Numbered from the stretch's first letter, positions 37,878 to 49,243 are shown. The stretch: DNA of 64,000 nucleotides from an uncultured Clostridia bacterium (GCA_934456295.1 CAKSHB010000002.1:12513-76512), one strand, 5' to 3'. Notes: generated from the letters alone by a model not told the origin. Numbers and translations are program-made.

Positions 37878-40130
37878 ATGAACGAGGTTTCACAAAATTT
37901 ATATGAAAAACTCAACTCGATGCAGAAAAAAGCAGTTATGCATACTGAGGGACCGCTGCTGATACTGGCAGGCGCAGGGAGCGGAAAAACCACTGTGCTC
38001 GTCAACAGAATAGCATATTTGCTTACACAAAAAAATGTTCGTCCTTATAATATACTTGCAATAACGTTTACAAATAAGGCAGCAAATGAAATGAAGAGCC
38101 GCGTTGAGGAAATATTCGGCGAAGGAGCGGGCGATATGTGGATATCGACCTTTCATTCAATGTGCGTAAAAATTCTGCGCCGATATATAACAAGAATAGG
38201 ATATGACAGCAGTTTTGTTATTTATGACTCGGCAGATTCGCAGACGGTAATAAAGGATTGCCTTAAGCAATATAATTTGTCGGATACAAATTTTAAACCA
38301 CGCAGCGTTCTTGCCGAAATAAGCAATGCGAAAGATGATCTCATTGACCCGCAGGAGTTTGAAAAGATGTATGCCGGCGACTTTCGTATGAGCAAAATCT
38401 CGAAGCTGTATGCAACATATCAAAACATATTAAAAGCAAATAATGCGCTTGATTTTGATGATATAATTGTAAAAACAATACAGCTTTTTGAGGAAAATCC
38501 TGATGTGCTGGAATATTATCAGAAAAAATTTCATTATATTATGGTTGATGAGTATCAGGACACAAATAACGCACAGTATCGTCTTGTGTCGCTGTTGTCG
38601 GCAGCGCGCAGAAACTTATGCGTTGTTGGCGACGATGACCAGAGCATTTATAAATTCAGAGGGGCAAATATACGCAATATTCTCGATTTTGAGCATGAAT
38701 TTCCCGATGCCGAGGTTATTAAGCTGGAACAGAATTACCGTTCGACCCAAACTATTTTAAACGCCGCAAATGATGTTATATCAAATAATCGCAAGCGTAA
38801 GGGCAAAAGGCTTTGGACGGGAGGCGCAGAGGGCGATAAAATTTATTTCTACGATGCGGAAAATGAACACGACGAAGGAAAGTTTATCGCACGTGAGATT
38901 GATCGCTTGGTGTCCGAGAGAAACCGCAGCTTTAATGATTTTGTTATTCTGTACAGAACAAATGCGCAGTCACGTGTGCTTGAAGAAATGCTGCTGCGTC
39001 AGGGAATACCGTATAGAGTTCTTGCGGGACTGAGGTTTTATGACAGAAAAGAAATCAAGGATATTATCGCATATTTGCGCGTAATACATAACTCGTCAGA
39101 CAGTGTAAGCCTGAGAAGGATTATAAATGAGCCGAAAAGAGGAATCGGAAATACTACGCTTTCGCATGCGCAGGATATTGCAGAGAGTATAAATTCAAGC
39201 ATGTATGATGTGATATGCGATGCAAACCTGTATTCGGAACTTAGCCGTGCCGCTGTAAAGCTGAAAGAGTTTACAGCAATGATTGACACACTGAGGCATG
39301 CGCAGAAAAGTATGAAGCTGACAGACTTTGTGGATTTTGTGCTCGAAAGAACATCATACAGACAGTCGCTCGTGCTTGAAAATTCGATTGAGGCACAAAG
39401 CAGGCTCGAAAATCTCGACGAGTTTATGTCAGTCGTAAAGGAATATGAAGCAACCGCGGAAGAACCGTCGCTGGCAGATTTTTTGGAGAATGTGTCGCTT
39501 GTTGCCGATATTGATAATTATGATGAAGAACAGCCGACAGTCGTACTTATGACAATCCATTCGGCGAAAGGACTTGAGTTTCCGATTGTGTTCATTGCAG
39601 GAATGGAAGAGGGGCTATTTCCCGGGACGCGTTCGATGCTTGATATGGAGGAAATTGAGGAAGAAAGAAGACTGTGTTATGTTGCAATAACGCGTGCAAA
39701 GGAAATTTTGTATATAACAAAAGCTCAGATGCGAATGTTGTTCGGACAGACATCATATCCGCAGGTATCGCGCTTTGTGAGAGAAATTCCGCAGGAACTT
39801 ATAATGGAGTTTGGGACAAAAAAACGAAAGGCAGCTGCGTCATCTTCATTCGGACACGGAAACGGAGGAGGCAAAATACATACAAAAGTTTCAAAAGAGT
39901 ATGATGCAATGTCAAAAGCTAACCTGTTTTCGGCGTTTGATGTGCGTAAAAATACTTCTGCCGCAAGCATAGATTATTCTGCCGGAGATACGGTTATGCA
40001 TAAAAAATTCGGCAGGGGAAAGGTTTTGTCGGTAACTCCGCTCGGAAATGACAGCAAAGTTCAGGTACAGTTTGAAAACGGCGATGTTAAAAACCTGATG
40101 GCAATGTTTGCAAATCTGAAAAAAGTGTGA
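37878..40130 (+). CDS. pcrA: ATP-dependent DNA helicase PcrA (UvrD family)
   Basis: AGAGSGKT, TFTNKAA, VDEYQDTN, QNYRS and TIHSAKGLEF motifs. ATG 37878 follows GGGAGG. Confidence 0.94.
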   Translation: MNEVSQNLYEKLNSMQKKAVMHTEGPLLILAGAGSGKTTVLVNRIAYLLTQKNVRPYNILAITFTNKAANEMKSRVEEIFGEGAGDMWISTFHSMCVKILRRYITRIGYDSSFVIYDSADSQTVIKDCLKQYNLSDTNFKPRSVLAEISNAKDDLIDPQEFEKMYAGDFRMSKISKLYATYQNILKANNALDFDDIIVKTIQLFEENPDVLEYYQKKFHYIMVDEYQDTNNAQYRLVSLLSAARRNLCVVGDDDQSIYKFRGANIRNILDFEHEFPDAEVIKLEQNYRSTQTILNAANDVISNNRKRKGKRLWTGGAEGDKIYFYDAENEHDEGKFIAREIDRLVSERNRSFNDFVILYRTNAQSRVLEEMLLRQGIPYRVLAGLRFYDRKEIKDIIAYLRVIHNSSDSVSLRRIINEPKRGIGNTTLSHAQDIAESINSSMYDVICDANLYSELSRAAVKLKEFTAMIDTLRHAQKSMKLTDFVDFVLERTSYRQSLVLENSIEAQSRLENLDEFMSVVKEYEATAEEPSLADFLENVSLVADIDNYDEEQPTVVLMTIHSAKGLEFPIVFIAGMEEGLFPGTRSMLDMEEIEEERRLCYVAITRAKEILYITKAQMRMLFGQTSYPQVSRFVREIPQELIMEFGTKKRKAAASSSFGHGNGGGKIHTKVSKEYDAMSKANLFSAFDVRKNTSAASIDYSAGDTVMHKKFGRGKVLSVTPLGNDSKVQVQFENGDVKNLMAMFANLKKV

Positions 40131-40179
40131 TACAATATGAAAAACGTTTTTATAAAATAAAGAAAAGGCGATGGTCAGT

Positions 40180-41619
40180 ATGAAAAGAGAAAATTTAACT
40201 ATGCTTACGGACTTTTATGAGTTCACAATGGCAAACGGATATCTTGAGCATGGTTTCGGCGATAAAATAGCTTATTTTGATATGTTTTTTCGCAAAGTGC
40301 CCGATGACGGCGGATATGCAATAATGGTGGGTGTTGAACAGCTGATAGAATATCTTGAAGATTTACACTTCGGTGATGAGGATATTGAATATCTGCGTGC
40401 AAAAGGAATGTTTTGCGAAGAGTTTTTAGAATATCTCAAAAACTTTGAGTTTAAATGCGATGTATGGGCAATTCCCGAAGGAATGCCGATTTTTCCGGGC
40501 GAGCCGATTGTTACGGTAAGAGGTCCTGTTATACAGGCGCAGTTTGTTGAAACGATGATACTTCTTACAGTAAATCACCAGAGCCTTATTGCAACAAAGG
40601 CAAACAGGATAGTACGTGCTGCTGCGGGCAGACCGATAATGGAGTTTGGCTCAAGACGCGCCCAGGGATATAATGCAGCAATTATGGGCGCGCGCGCGGC
40701 ATATATAGCAGGCTGTGCAGGAACAGCATGCGCAATTGCCGAAAGAAAGTACGGTGTACCGGCACTCGGAACGATGGCACATAGCTGGATACAGCTTTTT
40801 GATAACGAATATGACGCTTTTGTGGCATATGCAAAAACTTATCCGAATGATTGCACCTTGCTTGTTGATACGTATAACGTTTTAAAAAGCGGTATACCGA
40901 ATGCGATAAAAGTATTTAAAGAAGTGCTTTTGCCGAAGGGTTTCAGACCGAAGGGCATACGGATTGACAGCGGAGACATAACATATTTATCGAAAAAAGC
41001 GCGTAAAATGCTTGATGAGGCAGGGTTTGAGGACTGCGGCATTGTAGCGTCAAACTCTCTTGATGAATTTATAATAAGAGATACGCTTATGCAGGGAGCG
41101 CAGATAAATTCCTTCGGTGTCGGAGAAAGACTTATAACATCAAGCTCCGAACCGGTTTTCGGCGGTGTTTATAAGGTTGCGGCAGTCGAAGAGAACGGAG
41201 AAATTGTGCCGAAAATTAAACTGAGTGAAAATGTGAGCAAAATTACCACGCCTTGCTTTAAACAGGTATACAGACTGTTTTCGAGAGAAAATGATAAAGC
41301 TATAGCTGATGTAATCACTCTTCACGGTGAAAAAATCAATGATAATGAGCCGTATGAAATATTTGATCCGGAGCATGTATGGAAGAGGAAAATTGTTGAT
41401 AATTTTTATGCCAAACCAATTCTCACAAAGATATTTGAAAACGGTAAATGCATATATAAATCACCATCTATAGAAGAAATAAAATCCTTCTGTAAAGAGC
41501 AGGTTGACACGCTTTGGGACGAAGTTAAGCGTTTTGAAAACCCGCATAACTATTATGTTGATTTATCACAGAGTTTGTGGGATATAAAAAATGAATTGCT
41601 TAAAAAGTATTCCAAATAA
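40180..41619 (+). CDS. pncB: nicotinate phosphoribosyltransferase
   Basis: LTDFYEFTMANGY, EFGSRRA, GTMAHSW and IRIDSGD motifs. ATG 40171 is an alternative start. Confidence 0.92.
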   Translation: MKRENLTMLTDFYEFTMANGYLEHGFGDKIAYFDMFFRKVPDDGGYAIMVGVEQLIEYLEDLHFGDEDIEYLRAKGMFCEEFLEYLKNFEFKCDVWAIPEGMPIFPGEPIVTVRGPVIQAQFVETMILLTVNHQSLIATKANRIVRAAAGRPIMEFGSRRAQGYNAAIMGARAAYIAGCAGTACAIAERKYGVPALGTMAHSWIQLFDNEYDAFVAYAKTYPNDCTLLVDTYNVLKSGIPNAIKVFKEVLLPKGFRPKGIRIDSGDITYLSKKARKMLDEAGFEDCGIVASNSLDEFIIRDTLMQGAQINSFGVGERLITSSSEPVFGGVYKVAAVEENGEIVPKIKLSENVSKITTPCFKQVYRLFSRENDKAIADVITLHGEKINDNEPYEIFDPEHVWKRKIVDNFYAKPILTKIFENGKCIYKSPSIEEIKSFCKEQVDTLWDEVKRFENPHNYYVDLSQSLWDIKNELLKKYSK

Positions 41620-41645
41620 AAATTAATTTTGAAACGGGGAGCATT

Positions 41646-42353
41646 ATGGCACTTTTTACGATATCGGATTTACATTTGCCTCTCGGAGTTGATAAACCGA
41701 TGGACATATTCGGGGGTCCGTGGGAAAACTACATTGAAAAGCTTGAAAAAAATTGGAATGAAACAGTAAATGACGGAGATTGGGTTGTTATGCCGGGGGA
41801 TTTTTGCTGGGCAATGCACCTTCGGGAGTCATTTCGGGATTTTGAGTTTTTAAATAAGCTGACGGGTATAAAAGTGCTTTTAAAGGGTAATCATGACTAC
41901 TGGTGGGACACTGTGAGCAAGTTAAGGCGTTTTATGAGTGAAAACGGTTTTGAAAACATACTGTTTTTGCAGAATAATTCTTTTATGTATAAAAATACGG
42001 CACTGTGCGGAACCAGGTTCTGGACTTGCCCGAATGCGCCGTCATTTTCGGCGGAGGACAGAAAAATTTATATGCGAGAGCTTGGCAGAGCAGAGTTGTC
42101 GCTTTGTGATGCGGTAAAAAATAACCCTGATGAAATCCTGTTTTTTACACACTATCCTCCGATTGCAAATGCGCAGACAGTGGATGAAGGTTTTGCAAAA
42201 CTTATGAATAAGTACGGAGTGAAACGTGTTATTTACGGACATATTCACGGAAATGCGGCACACAGGGCGTTTGTCGGTGGGTATAATGGCATAAATTTTG
42301 AGCTTGTTTCATGTGATTATTTGGGATTTACGCCAAAAAAACTGTGCGATTAA
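41646..42353 (+). CDS. calcineurin-like metallophosphoesterase
   Basis: SDLHL, PGDF, GNHDYWW and GHIHG motifs. Confidence 0.8.
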   Translation: MALFTISDLHLPLGVDKPMDIFGGPWENYIEKLEKNWNETVNDGDWVVMPGDFCWAMHLRESFRDFEFLNKLTGIKVLLKGNHDYWWDTVSKLRRFMSENGFENILFLQNNSFMYKNTALCGTRFWTCPNAPSFSAEDRKIYMRELGRAELSLCDAVKNNPDEILFFTHYPPIANAQTVDEGFAKLMNKYGVKRVIYGHIHGNAAHRAFVGGYNGINFELVSCDYLGFTPKKLCD

Positions 42354-42372
42354 AAGTTTTTTTGAAAAAAGG

Positions 42373-42400
42373 TTGCAAATTTTTGCATATATGTTATAAT
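42373..42400 (+). promoter_or_regulatory. sigma-A-like promoter (extended -10) for tig
   Basis: TTGCAA, 16 nt, TATAAT, preceded by TGT. Confidence 0.5.
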
Positions 42401-42467
42401 ATTTTAATGACTGTTTATAATTTAACAAGGGCAAAGCAGCTAAATTAAAGTTGGAGGAAAGATAAAA

Positions 42468-43817
42468 ATGAGTGTTAAGGTTGAAAAAACAGAAAAAAAC
42501 ATGGTTGAACTTGAATTTGAGGTAAGCAAGGAAGATTTCGAATCGGCAGTTCAGCGTTCGTACATAAAAAACGTTAAGAGCATAAATATTCCCGGATTTC
42601 GTAAGGGAAAAGCTCCCAGAAAGATAATTGAGGGAATGTACGGCAAAGAGGTATTTTACGATGATGCCATTAACTTTGTATTTCCCGATGCTTATGAGGC
42701 GGCAATAAAAGAGGCAAAGCTGGAGCCTGTATCGCGCCCCGAGGTTGATATTAAGCAGTTCCCGACAGATGAACTTAACCTTATTCTCAGTGCAAAGGTT
42801 ACGGTTAAACCCGATGTGAAGATTGCTAAATTTGATAAGATAGAAACTGAAAAGCCCGAATATCCCGTAAGTGATGAAGATGTTGATGCAGAACTTAAAA
42901 GACGCCAGAGCCAGAATGCTCGTGTTATCACGGTAGAAGATCGCGCAGCCGAAAAGGGTGATACTGTTGTTGTTGACTTTGAAGGCTTCTGCGACGGTGT
43001 TGCATTTGAAGGCGGAAAAGGTGAAAACTACAGTCTTGAGCTTGGTTCGGGTCAGTTCATACCCGGCTTTGAAGATCAGCTTATAGGTGCGAATGCAGGC
43101 GATGACGTTGAGGTAAATGTTACGTTCCCCGAAGAATATCATGCACCCGAGCTTGCAGGAAAGCCTGCACTGTTTAAGGTTAAAGTGCATAGCATAACAA
43201 CAAAGGAACTTCCTGAAATTGATGACGAATTTGCTAAAGATGTTAGCGAGTTTGATACAATTGACGAGCTTAAAAAGGATATAAAGACAAAACTTGAAGA
43301 GAATAATGACAAGCGCGCAAAGCAGGAATTTGAAAATAACGTAATAGATTTCATAATTTCAAAGATGAAAGCTGATATTCCCGAAATTATGTATGAAAAC
43401 CGCATTGATGACATGGTTCGCGATTTTGAAATGCGTCTTTCATATCAGGGCATGAACATTGACAAGTATCTTGAGTATACAGGCATGGATATGACAGCCT
43501 TCAGAGGTCAGTTTAAAGAGCAGGCCGAAAAGCAGGTAAAGGGTATGCTTGCGCTTGAGGCTATGGCTAAGAAAGAGAAGATAAAAGCGCTCAAAGACGA
43601 TGTTAAAAAAGAATATGAAAAGCTTGCGGAACAGTACAAGATGGACGTTGAGAAAATCAAGAGCTTTGTAAGCGAAGATGACCTCAAAAAGGACATTGTG
43701 ACAAATAAGACAATAGATGCTCTTCTTGCTATGGCAAGCGGTGAAACTGCGCCGGCTGATGAAAAGGAAGAGAAAGAAACAAAGAAAAAGAGTGCAGCAA
43801 AGAAAGCTGATGAATAA
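42468..43817 (+). CDS. tig: trigger factor
   Basis: N-terminal GFRKGKAP ribosome-binding motif, central FKBP PPIase domain and acidic/Lys-rich tail. Confidence 0.96.
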   Translation: MSVKVEKTEKNMVELEFEVSKEDFESAVQRSYIKNVKSINIPGFRKGKAPRKIIEGMYGKEVFYDDAINFVFPDAYEAAIKEAKLEPVSRPEVDIKQFPTDELNLILSAKVTVKPDVKIAKFDKIETEKPEYPVSDEDVDAELKRRQSQNARVITVEDRAAEKGDTVVVDFEGFCDGVAFEGGKGENYSLELGSGQFIPGFEDQLIGANAGDDVEVNVTFPEEYHAPELAGKPALFKVKVHSITTKELPEIDDEFAKDVSEFDTIDELKKDIKTKLEENNDKRAKQEFENNVIDFIISKMKADIPEIMYENRIDDMVRDFEMRLSYQGMNIDKYLEYTGMDMTAFRGQFKEQAEKQVKGMLALEAMAKKEKIKALKDDVKKEYEKLAEQYKMDVEKIKSFVSEDDLKKDIVTNKTIDALLAMASGETAPADEKEEKETKKKSAAKKADE

Positions 43818-43893
43818 TAAGCGGCAGCTTTTATATAAATCAGTTTTAAAGTAATGGCAGACAACAAAATATGTGTTAATGGGAGTGAAACGT

Positions 43894-44490
43894 ATGAATA
43901 TGAGTTTAGTGCCTACAGTTATTGAACAGACAAACCGCGGAGAGCGTGCATACGATATATTCTCGCGTTTGTTAAAAGAGCGAATTGTATTTTTGGGCGA
44001 GGACGTAAATGATGTAACGTCGTCACTCATTGTTGCACAGATGTTGTTTTTAGAGAGTGAAGATCCGGATAAGGATATTCAGTTCTATATCAATAGCCCG
44101 GGCGGCTCAATTACCGCAGGAATGGCGATTTATGATACGATGCAGTATATTAAGTGTGATGTGTCCACGATTTGCATAGGTATGGCAGCGAGCATGGGAG
44201 CGTTTTTGCTTGCAGCCGGCGAGAAAGGCAAGCGTTTTGCGCTGCCGAACAGCGAAATAATGATACATCAGCCGCTTATAAGCGGGGGTCTCAGCGGGCA
44301 GACAACCGATATAAAAATATACTCGGATCATTTGGTATCAACAAAGGAAAAGATGAACAGAATTCTTTCAGAACGTTCGGGGCAGCCGTATGAAAAGGTT
44401 TGCGCGGATACGGAAAGAGATAATTTTATGAGCGCTGATGCGGCAAAGGCTTATGGACTTATAGACGAGGTTATTACACGTAAGGCGTAA
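43894..44490 (+). CDS. clpP: ATP-dependent Clp protease proteolytic subunit
   Basis: [13 protein letters not shown], catalytic GMAASMG, IMIHQP. Confidence 0.97.
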   Translation: MNMSLVPTVIEQTNRGERAYDIFSRLLKERIVFLGEDVNDVTSSLIVAQMLFLESEDPDKDIQFYINSPGGSITAGMAIYDTMQYIKCDVSTICIGMAASMGAFLLAAGEKGKRFALPNSEIMIHQPLISGGLSGQTTDIKIYSDHLVSTKEKMNRILSERSGQPYEKVCADTERDNFMSADAAKAYGLIDEVITRKA

Positions 44491-44516
44491 TGACCATTTG
44501 AGTGAGAGGTGATATT

Positions 44517-45815
44517 ATGTCCGGCAGCAAATCATCGAACAATACGAAACAGTTAAAATGCTCATTCTGCGGAAAGCCGCAGGATTCTGTGAAGAAGCTT
44601 GTGGCAGGTCCGGGTGTGTATATTTGCAATGAATGTATTTCATTATGCCAGAGCGTGCTTGACGGTGAATATGAAGTTGAATCAATGGATTTGGATTTGG
44701 CAAATGTGCCGAAGCCCAAGAAAATAAAAGAAATTCTCGACCAGTATGTAATCGGGCAGGATCAGGCGAAAAAGGCAATGTCGGTTGCCGTGTATAATCA
44801 CTATAAGCGTATTGAGCACGAAAATCACATTGATGATGTCGAGCTTCAGAAGAGCAATATACTTTTGCTCGGACCTACCGGTTCGGGAAAAACTTTTCTT
44901 GCACAGACTCTTGCGAGAATATTAAATGTACCGTTTGCAATTGCTGACGCCACATCTCTTACAGAGGCCGGATATGTCGGCGAAGATGTTGAAAATATCT
45001 TGCTGAAGCTTATTCAGGCAGCAGATTATGATATTGATATGGCAGAACGCGGAATTGTATACATTGATGAAATCGATAAAATAACAAAGAAATCGGAAAA
45101 TGTGTCGATTACGCGCGATGTAAGCGGCGAAGGCGTTCAGCAGGCACTTTTGAAAATCCTTGAGGGAACGGTTGCGTCTGTTCCACCGCAGGGAGGACGC
45201 AAACATCCGCATCAGGAATTTATACAGATTGACACGACGAACATCTTGTTTATATGCGGCGGCGCATTTGATGGAATTGAGAAGATTATTAACAGCAGAA
45301 TTGGTAAAAACTCGATTGGCTTTGGAGCAAAGGTTGAAAGTAAAAAAGAGGTTGAGCTTGGCAGTGCGCTGAAGAATATAACGCCGCAGGATTTGCTGAA
45401 GTATGGACTTATACCTGAGTTTATCGGACGCTTGCCTGTAATATCAACGTTGGATAACCTTGACCGTGATGCATTGGTACGAATTTTAACAGAGCCGAAG
45501 AATGCACTTGTGAAGCAATATCAGAAGCTTTTTGAGATGGACGATGTGTACCTTGAGTTTGACCGTGAGGCGATTGAGGCAATTGCCGAAAAGGCAGGCG
45601 AGAGGAATACGGGTGCAAGAGGTCTTCGTTCGATTGTAGAGGAAACAATGATGGATATTATGTTTGAAATTCCGTCAGACGAAACAATCGAAAGATGTAT
45701 CATACATGCAGATACTGTGCTTGAAAAAAAGCCCCCTGAGATAATTCGAAATATGGACAGGAAAAATAAAGTACCCTACAGCGGAGAAAAAATGATTGAC
45801 CGTGATATTGGCTGA
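44517..45815 (+). CDS. clpX: ATP-dependent Clp protease ATP-binding subunit ClpX
   Basis: Zn-finger CSFCGK...CNEC, Walker A GPTGSGKT and IVYIDEIDK. Confidence 0.97.
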   Translation: MSGSKSSNNTKQLKCSFCGKPQDSVKKLVAGPGVYICNECISLCQSVLDGEYEVESMDLDLANVPKPKKIKEILDQYVIGQDQAKKAMSVAVYNHYKRIEHENHIDDVELQKSNILLLGPTGSGKTFLAQTLARILNVPFAIADATSLTEAGYVGEDVENILLKLIQAADYDIDMAERGIVYIDEIDKITKKSENVSITRDVSGEGVQQALLKILEGTVASVPPQGGRKHPHQEFIQIDTTNILFICGGAFDGIEKIINSRIGKNSIGFGAKVESKKEVELGSALKNITPQDLLKYGLIPEFIGRLPVISTLDNLDRDALVRILTEPKNALVKQYQKLFEMDDVYLEFDREAIEAIAEKAGERNTGARGLRSIVEETMMDIMFEIPSDETIERCIIHADTVLEKKPPEIIRNMDRKNKVPYSGEKMIDRDIG

Positions 45816-45832
45816 TTATTTGATTTTAAAAG

Positions 45833-45858
45833 GCGTTCTTTTACAGGACGCTTTTTTT
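45833..45858 (+). terminator. rho-independent terminator after clpX
   Basis: GCGTTC/GGACGC stem followed by TTTTTTT. Confidence 0.55.
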
Positions 45859-45871
45859 ATTTGAAAATTGC

Positions 45872-45900
45872 TTGTAAATGACACAAAAATATCGTATAAT
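45872..45900 (+). promoter_or_regulatory. sigma-A-like promoter for lon
   Basis: TTGTAA (45872-45877), 17 nt, TATAAT (45895-45900). Confidence 0.5.
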
Positions 45901-46053
45901 AAATAATATGACGATTCAAAACGGAATTTGTCTGCGTATATGAATTAAATATGTATACAGTCCCATATAATACCGTACATTCATACGCCTTATCTGCCCG
46001 CGATAAGATTATGCGTATTAATTTAGATTGTGGGCAGAAAGGTCGGAAAATTT

Positions 46054-48471
46054 ATGCCGAATGTTACTGAAAATACAATGCATTTGCCGCTGATGGCAAT
46101 GCGCGGAATAGTTGTTTTCCCATATATGATTACACATTTTGACGTAGGCAGAGTAAAGTCGATAAAGGCACTGGAGGCTGCTATGGCAGGGGAGCAGACT
46201 ATCTTTCTGACTGCACAGAAGGACATAGAAGTTGATCTGCCGAAGGAAAGTGATTTGTATAGGGTAGGAACAGTTGCAAAAATTAAACAGATAGTTAAAC
46301 TTCCGGGAGATTCTGTAAGAGTGCTTGTGGAAGGAATGTATCGCGCAAAATTATGCGAGGTATTGCTGGAGGAGCCTTATTTTGCATGTGTATGCAGCAA
46401 AATCGAAGAAGATGATGACAGCTATGCTGTCAGAGATGCACTTTTGCGCAAATTAAAAGAGGTTTTTGAACGATATTTTTCTTATAACAGCAGAATAAAT
46501 TCGGAATCTATGGTTTCAATAATGGCGATTGATGATGTGGCAAAGCTTACAGACGTAATCGCCTCAAATATAAACTTAAAATACACGGACAAACAGCGTG
46601 TACTTGAGGCAATAAGTCTTACGGAAAGAGTTACGGAGCTTATTGCGATTTTGGAAAACGAAATTGAAATTGTTCGGTTGGAGCAAAATATATCGGAAAA
46701 AGTAAAAACGCAGATTGACAAAAACCAGCGCGAGTACTATCTGAGAGAACAGCTGAAAATTATTTCGGATGAACTTGGCGAAGGCGAAGGAATAAATGCT
46801 GAAATTGCGGAATATAAAAATAGGCTCGAAAAAATTAAAGTATCGGATGAGGTACGCGAGAAGGTATTAAAAGAAATACAGCGTTTATCAAAGATGCCGA
46901 GCGGTTCTCCGGACGGAGTTGTTGTAAGAAATTATCTTGATACTGTATTGGATTTGCCGTGGGGAGTTTTTACAAAAGAAAGATATGATATAAATAAAGC
47001 CGAGCGCATACTGAATGAAGAACATTACGGTTTGACAAAGGTTAAGGAACGAGTGCTGGAATATCTTTCGGTCAGAAAACTTGCAAAGGACATGCCTGCG
47101 CCGATATTATGCTTTGTAGGGCCTCCTGGCGTCGGAAAAACATCTGTTGTAAAATCTATAGCAAAGGCAATAAACCGCAGCTATGTTCGGATTTCGCTCG
47201 GCGGCGTGCGTGATGAGGCAGATATACGCGGACACAGAAAAACGTATATCGGGGCAATGCCGGGAAGAATTATAAATGCATTAAAACTTGCAAAGAGTCA
47301 AAATCCGCTTATGCTTTTTGATGAAATTGATAAAATGGGAAATGACTTCCGCGGAGATCCGTCCGCTGCGATGTTGGAAGCGCTTGATTCTGAACAGAAT
47401 TTTGCGTTCCGCGACCATTATGTCGAAGTGCCGTTTGACTTATCGCATGTAATGTTTGTAACAACCGCAAATACGCTTGACACTATACCGCCGGCGCTGC
47501 TTGACCGCATGGAGGTAATAAATATCAGCGGATACACGTCTGAGGAAAAGCTTAATATTGCTAAAGAGCACATCATACCAAAGCAGCTTAAGCGCCACGG
47601 ACTCAAGCCTGACAAATTTACAATTGACGATAATGCTGTTATCAACCTCATAGAGTATTATACACGTGAGGCCGGTGTAAGAAATATGGAGCGTGAGATT
47701 GCAAATATATGCCGAAAAGCAGCAAAAGAAGTTGTTGCAGATAGAAAGCGCAGCGTTGTTGTATCCGAAAAAACGATAGAAAAATATCTCGGAAAGAAAA
47801 AGTTTTTATTTGATAAAATTAATGAGGAAGATGAAATAGGAATTGTCAGAGGATTGGCGTGGACAAGCGTTGGAGGCGACACACTGTCTGTCGAGGTTAA
47901 CACAATGCCGGGAACGGGCAAAATTGAACTTACGGGCCAGCTAGGAGATGTGATGAAGGAATCGGCGCAGACGGCAATAAGCTATGTCCGTTCAAAAGCG
48001 AACGAGCTTGGAATTGATCCTATGTTTTATAAGGCGATTGACCTTCATATACATGTTCCCGAAGGCGCTGTGCCAAAAGACGGACCATCGGCAGGCATAA
48101 CTATGGCAAGTGCGGTTATATCTGCTTTGAGCGGACGCAGTGCACATTCTGACGTTGCAATGACCGGCGAAATTACCCTTCGCGGACGGGTGCTGCCGAT
48201 AGGCGGTCTGAAGGAAAAATCGCTTGCTGCGTATCGTGCAGGCGTAAAAACGGTCATAATACCTTATGAAAATGAACGTGATTTGGATGAAATATCAGAT
48301 ACGGTAAAGAATGCGATTAAATTTGTGCCGGTCAAGAGCATGGATGAGGTCATACCGATTACCCTGTCAAAAAACAGGAAGCGCGGTTTTAAACTGGATA
48401 TGGCAAAACAAATTCCGTTTCTTCCTGTCTACGACAGCGAAAAGCAGACTTGTGCAGAAATAAAACAATAA
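46054..48471 (+). CDS. lon: endopeptidase La (Lon protease)
   Basis: LON N-domain, AAA+ GPPGVGKTS and the protease catalytic region KDGPSAG. ATG 46054 chosen; the ORF is open from GTG 46030. Confidence 0.96.
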   Translation: MPNVTENTMHLPLMAMRGIVVFPYMITHFDVGRVKSIKALEAAMAGEQTIFLTAQKDIEVDLPKESDLYRVGTVAKIKQIVKLPGDSVRVLVEGMYRAKLCEVLLEEPYFACVCSKIEEDDDSYAVRDALLRKLKEVFERYFSYNSRINSESMVSIMAIDDVAKLTDVIASNINLKYTDKQRVLEAISLTERVTELIAILENEIEIVRLEQNISEKVKTQIDKNQREYYLREQLKIISDELGEGEGINAEIAEYKNRLEKIKVSDEVREKVLKEIQRLSKMPSGSPDGVVVRNYLDTVLDLPWGVFTKERYDINKAERILNEEHYGLTKVKERVLEYLSVRKLAKDMPAPILCFVGPPGVGKTSVVKSIAKAINRSYVRISLGGVRDEADIRGHRKTYIGAMPGRIINALKLAKSQNPLMLFDEIDKMGNDFRGDPSAAMLEALDSEQNFAFRDHYVEVPFDLSHVMFVTTANTLDTIPPALLDRMEVINISGYTSEEKLNIAKEHIIPKQLKRHGLKPDKFTIDDNAVINLIEYYTREAGVRNMEREIANICRKAAKEVVADRKRSVVVSEKTIEKYLGKKKFLFDKINEEDEIGIVRGLAWTSVGGDTLSVEVNTMPGTGKIELTGQLGDVMKESAQTAISYVRSKANELGIDPMFYKAIDLHIHVPEGAVPKDGPSAGITMASAVISALSGRSAHSDVAMTGEITLRGRVLPIGGLKEKSLAAYRAGVKTVIIPYENERDLDEISDTVKNAIKFVPVKSMDEVIPITLSKNRKRGFKLDMAKQIPFLPVYDSEKQTCAEIKQ

Positions 48472-48555
48472 CAAATATGTCATGAAAGGGGATTTTTCTC
48501 AAATGTGCTGTTGCGCTATGTTTCGCTAAAGCATTGAGAAGAGGTAAGTGAAAAG

Positions 48556-49149
48556 ATGAATATTCATAATGCAGATATTACAATCTCGGCAGTATCGCCA
48601 AAGCAATATCCGAATACCAATATACCTGAGTTTGCATTTGCAGGGCGTTCAAATGTGGGCAAATCATCGCTCATAAATAAACTGCTTAATCGAAAGGCTC
48701 TTGCCAGAGTCAGCGGAACACCGGGCAAAACTGTCACAATTAATTTTTATAATATAGATGACACAATTTTTCTTGTTGACTTGCCGGGATATGGATATGC
48801 CAGCCGTTCAAAAGAGGAAATAAAAAAATGGGGGAATATGATTGAGAGCTATCTTAACAACAGAGAGCAGATATATCAGGTATTCCTGCTGGTGGACAGC
48901 CGGCATAAACCGAGCGACCAGGATAAAATGATGCTTGATTGGATACGGGCATGCCAGGAAAGCGTGGTTGTTATTGCAACAAAAACAGATAAATTATCAA
49001 AAAAACAGCTCGAAGAAAATCTTGAGATGATATATGGCGAACTGCATTTGACAGATGATGATATTCTCATTCCTTTTTCGGTAAAAAATGATGAAGGAAA
49101 ATTTACCGTGTGGGATATTATTAACCTCTTGCGCAGTAACGAAGAATAA
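48556..49149 (+). CDS. engB: ribosome biogenesis GTP-binding protein YsxC/EngB
   Basis: GRSNVGKSSLIN, DLPGYGY, TKTDK; conserved position after lon. Confidence 0.94.
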   Translation: MNIHNADITISAVSPKQYPNTNIPEFAFAGRSNVGKSSLINKLLNRKALARVSGTPGKTVTINFYNIDDTIFLVDLPGYGYASRSKEEIKKWGNMIESYLNNREQIYQVFLLVDSRHKPSDQDKMMLDWIRACQESVVVIATKTDKLSKKQLEENLEMIYGELHLTDDDILIPFSVKNDEGKFTVWDIINLLRSNEE

Positions 49150-49243
49150 TTTACCATAATTTTATTATGTAAACAATAGACTCTGCGAAAGTAAAAAAAA
49201 CTTGACTTTGCGGACAAAAAAAGATAAAATATTTAAATAGGAA

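Noticed and set aside
36908-38005. 365-aa minus-strand ORF spanning the hydA 3' end, the intergenic region and the pcrA 5' end.
   Set aside because: It is antisense to two strongly supported genes, crosses a terminator, and has Cys/Phe/Leu/Ile-rich shadow-frame composition with no RBS or recognisable motif. It is a typical antisense artefact of purine-rich coding strands.
46031-46048. GGGCAGAAAGGTCGGAAA, a possible CtsR-type tandem heptad operator at the lon start.
   Set aside because: Compared with the CtsR consensus (A/G)GTCAAA-NAN-(A/G)GTCAAA, the repeat spacing is wrong and each half has two mismatches. No comparable box precedes clpP either.
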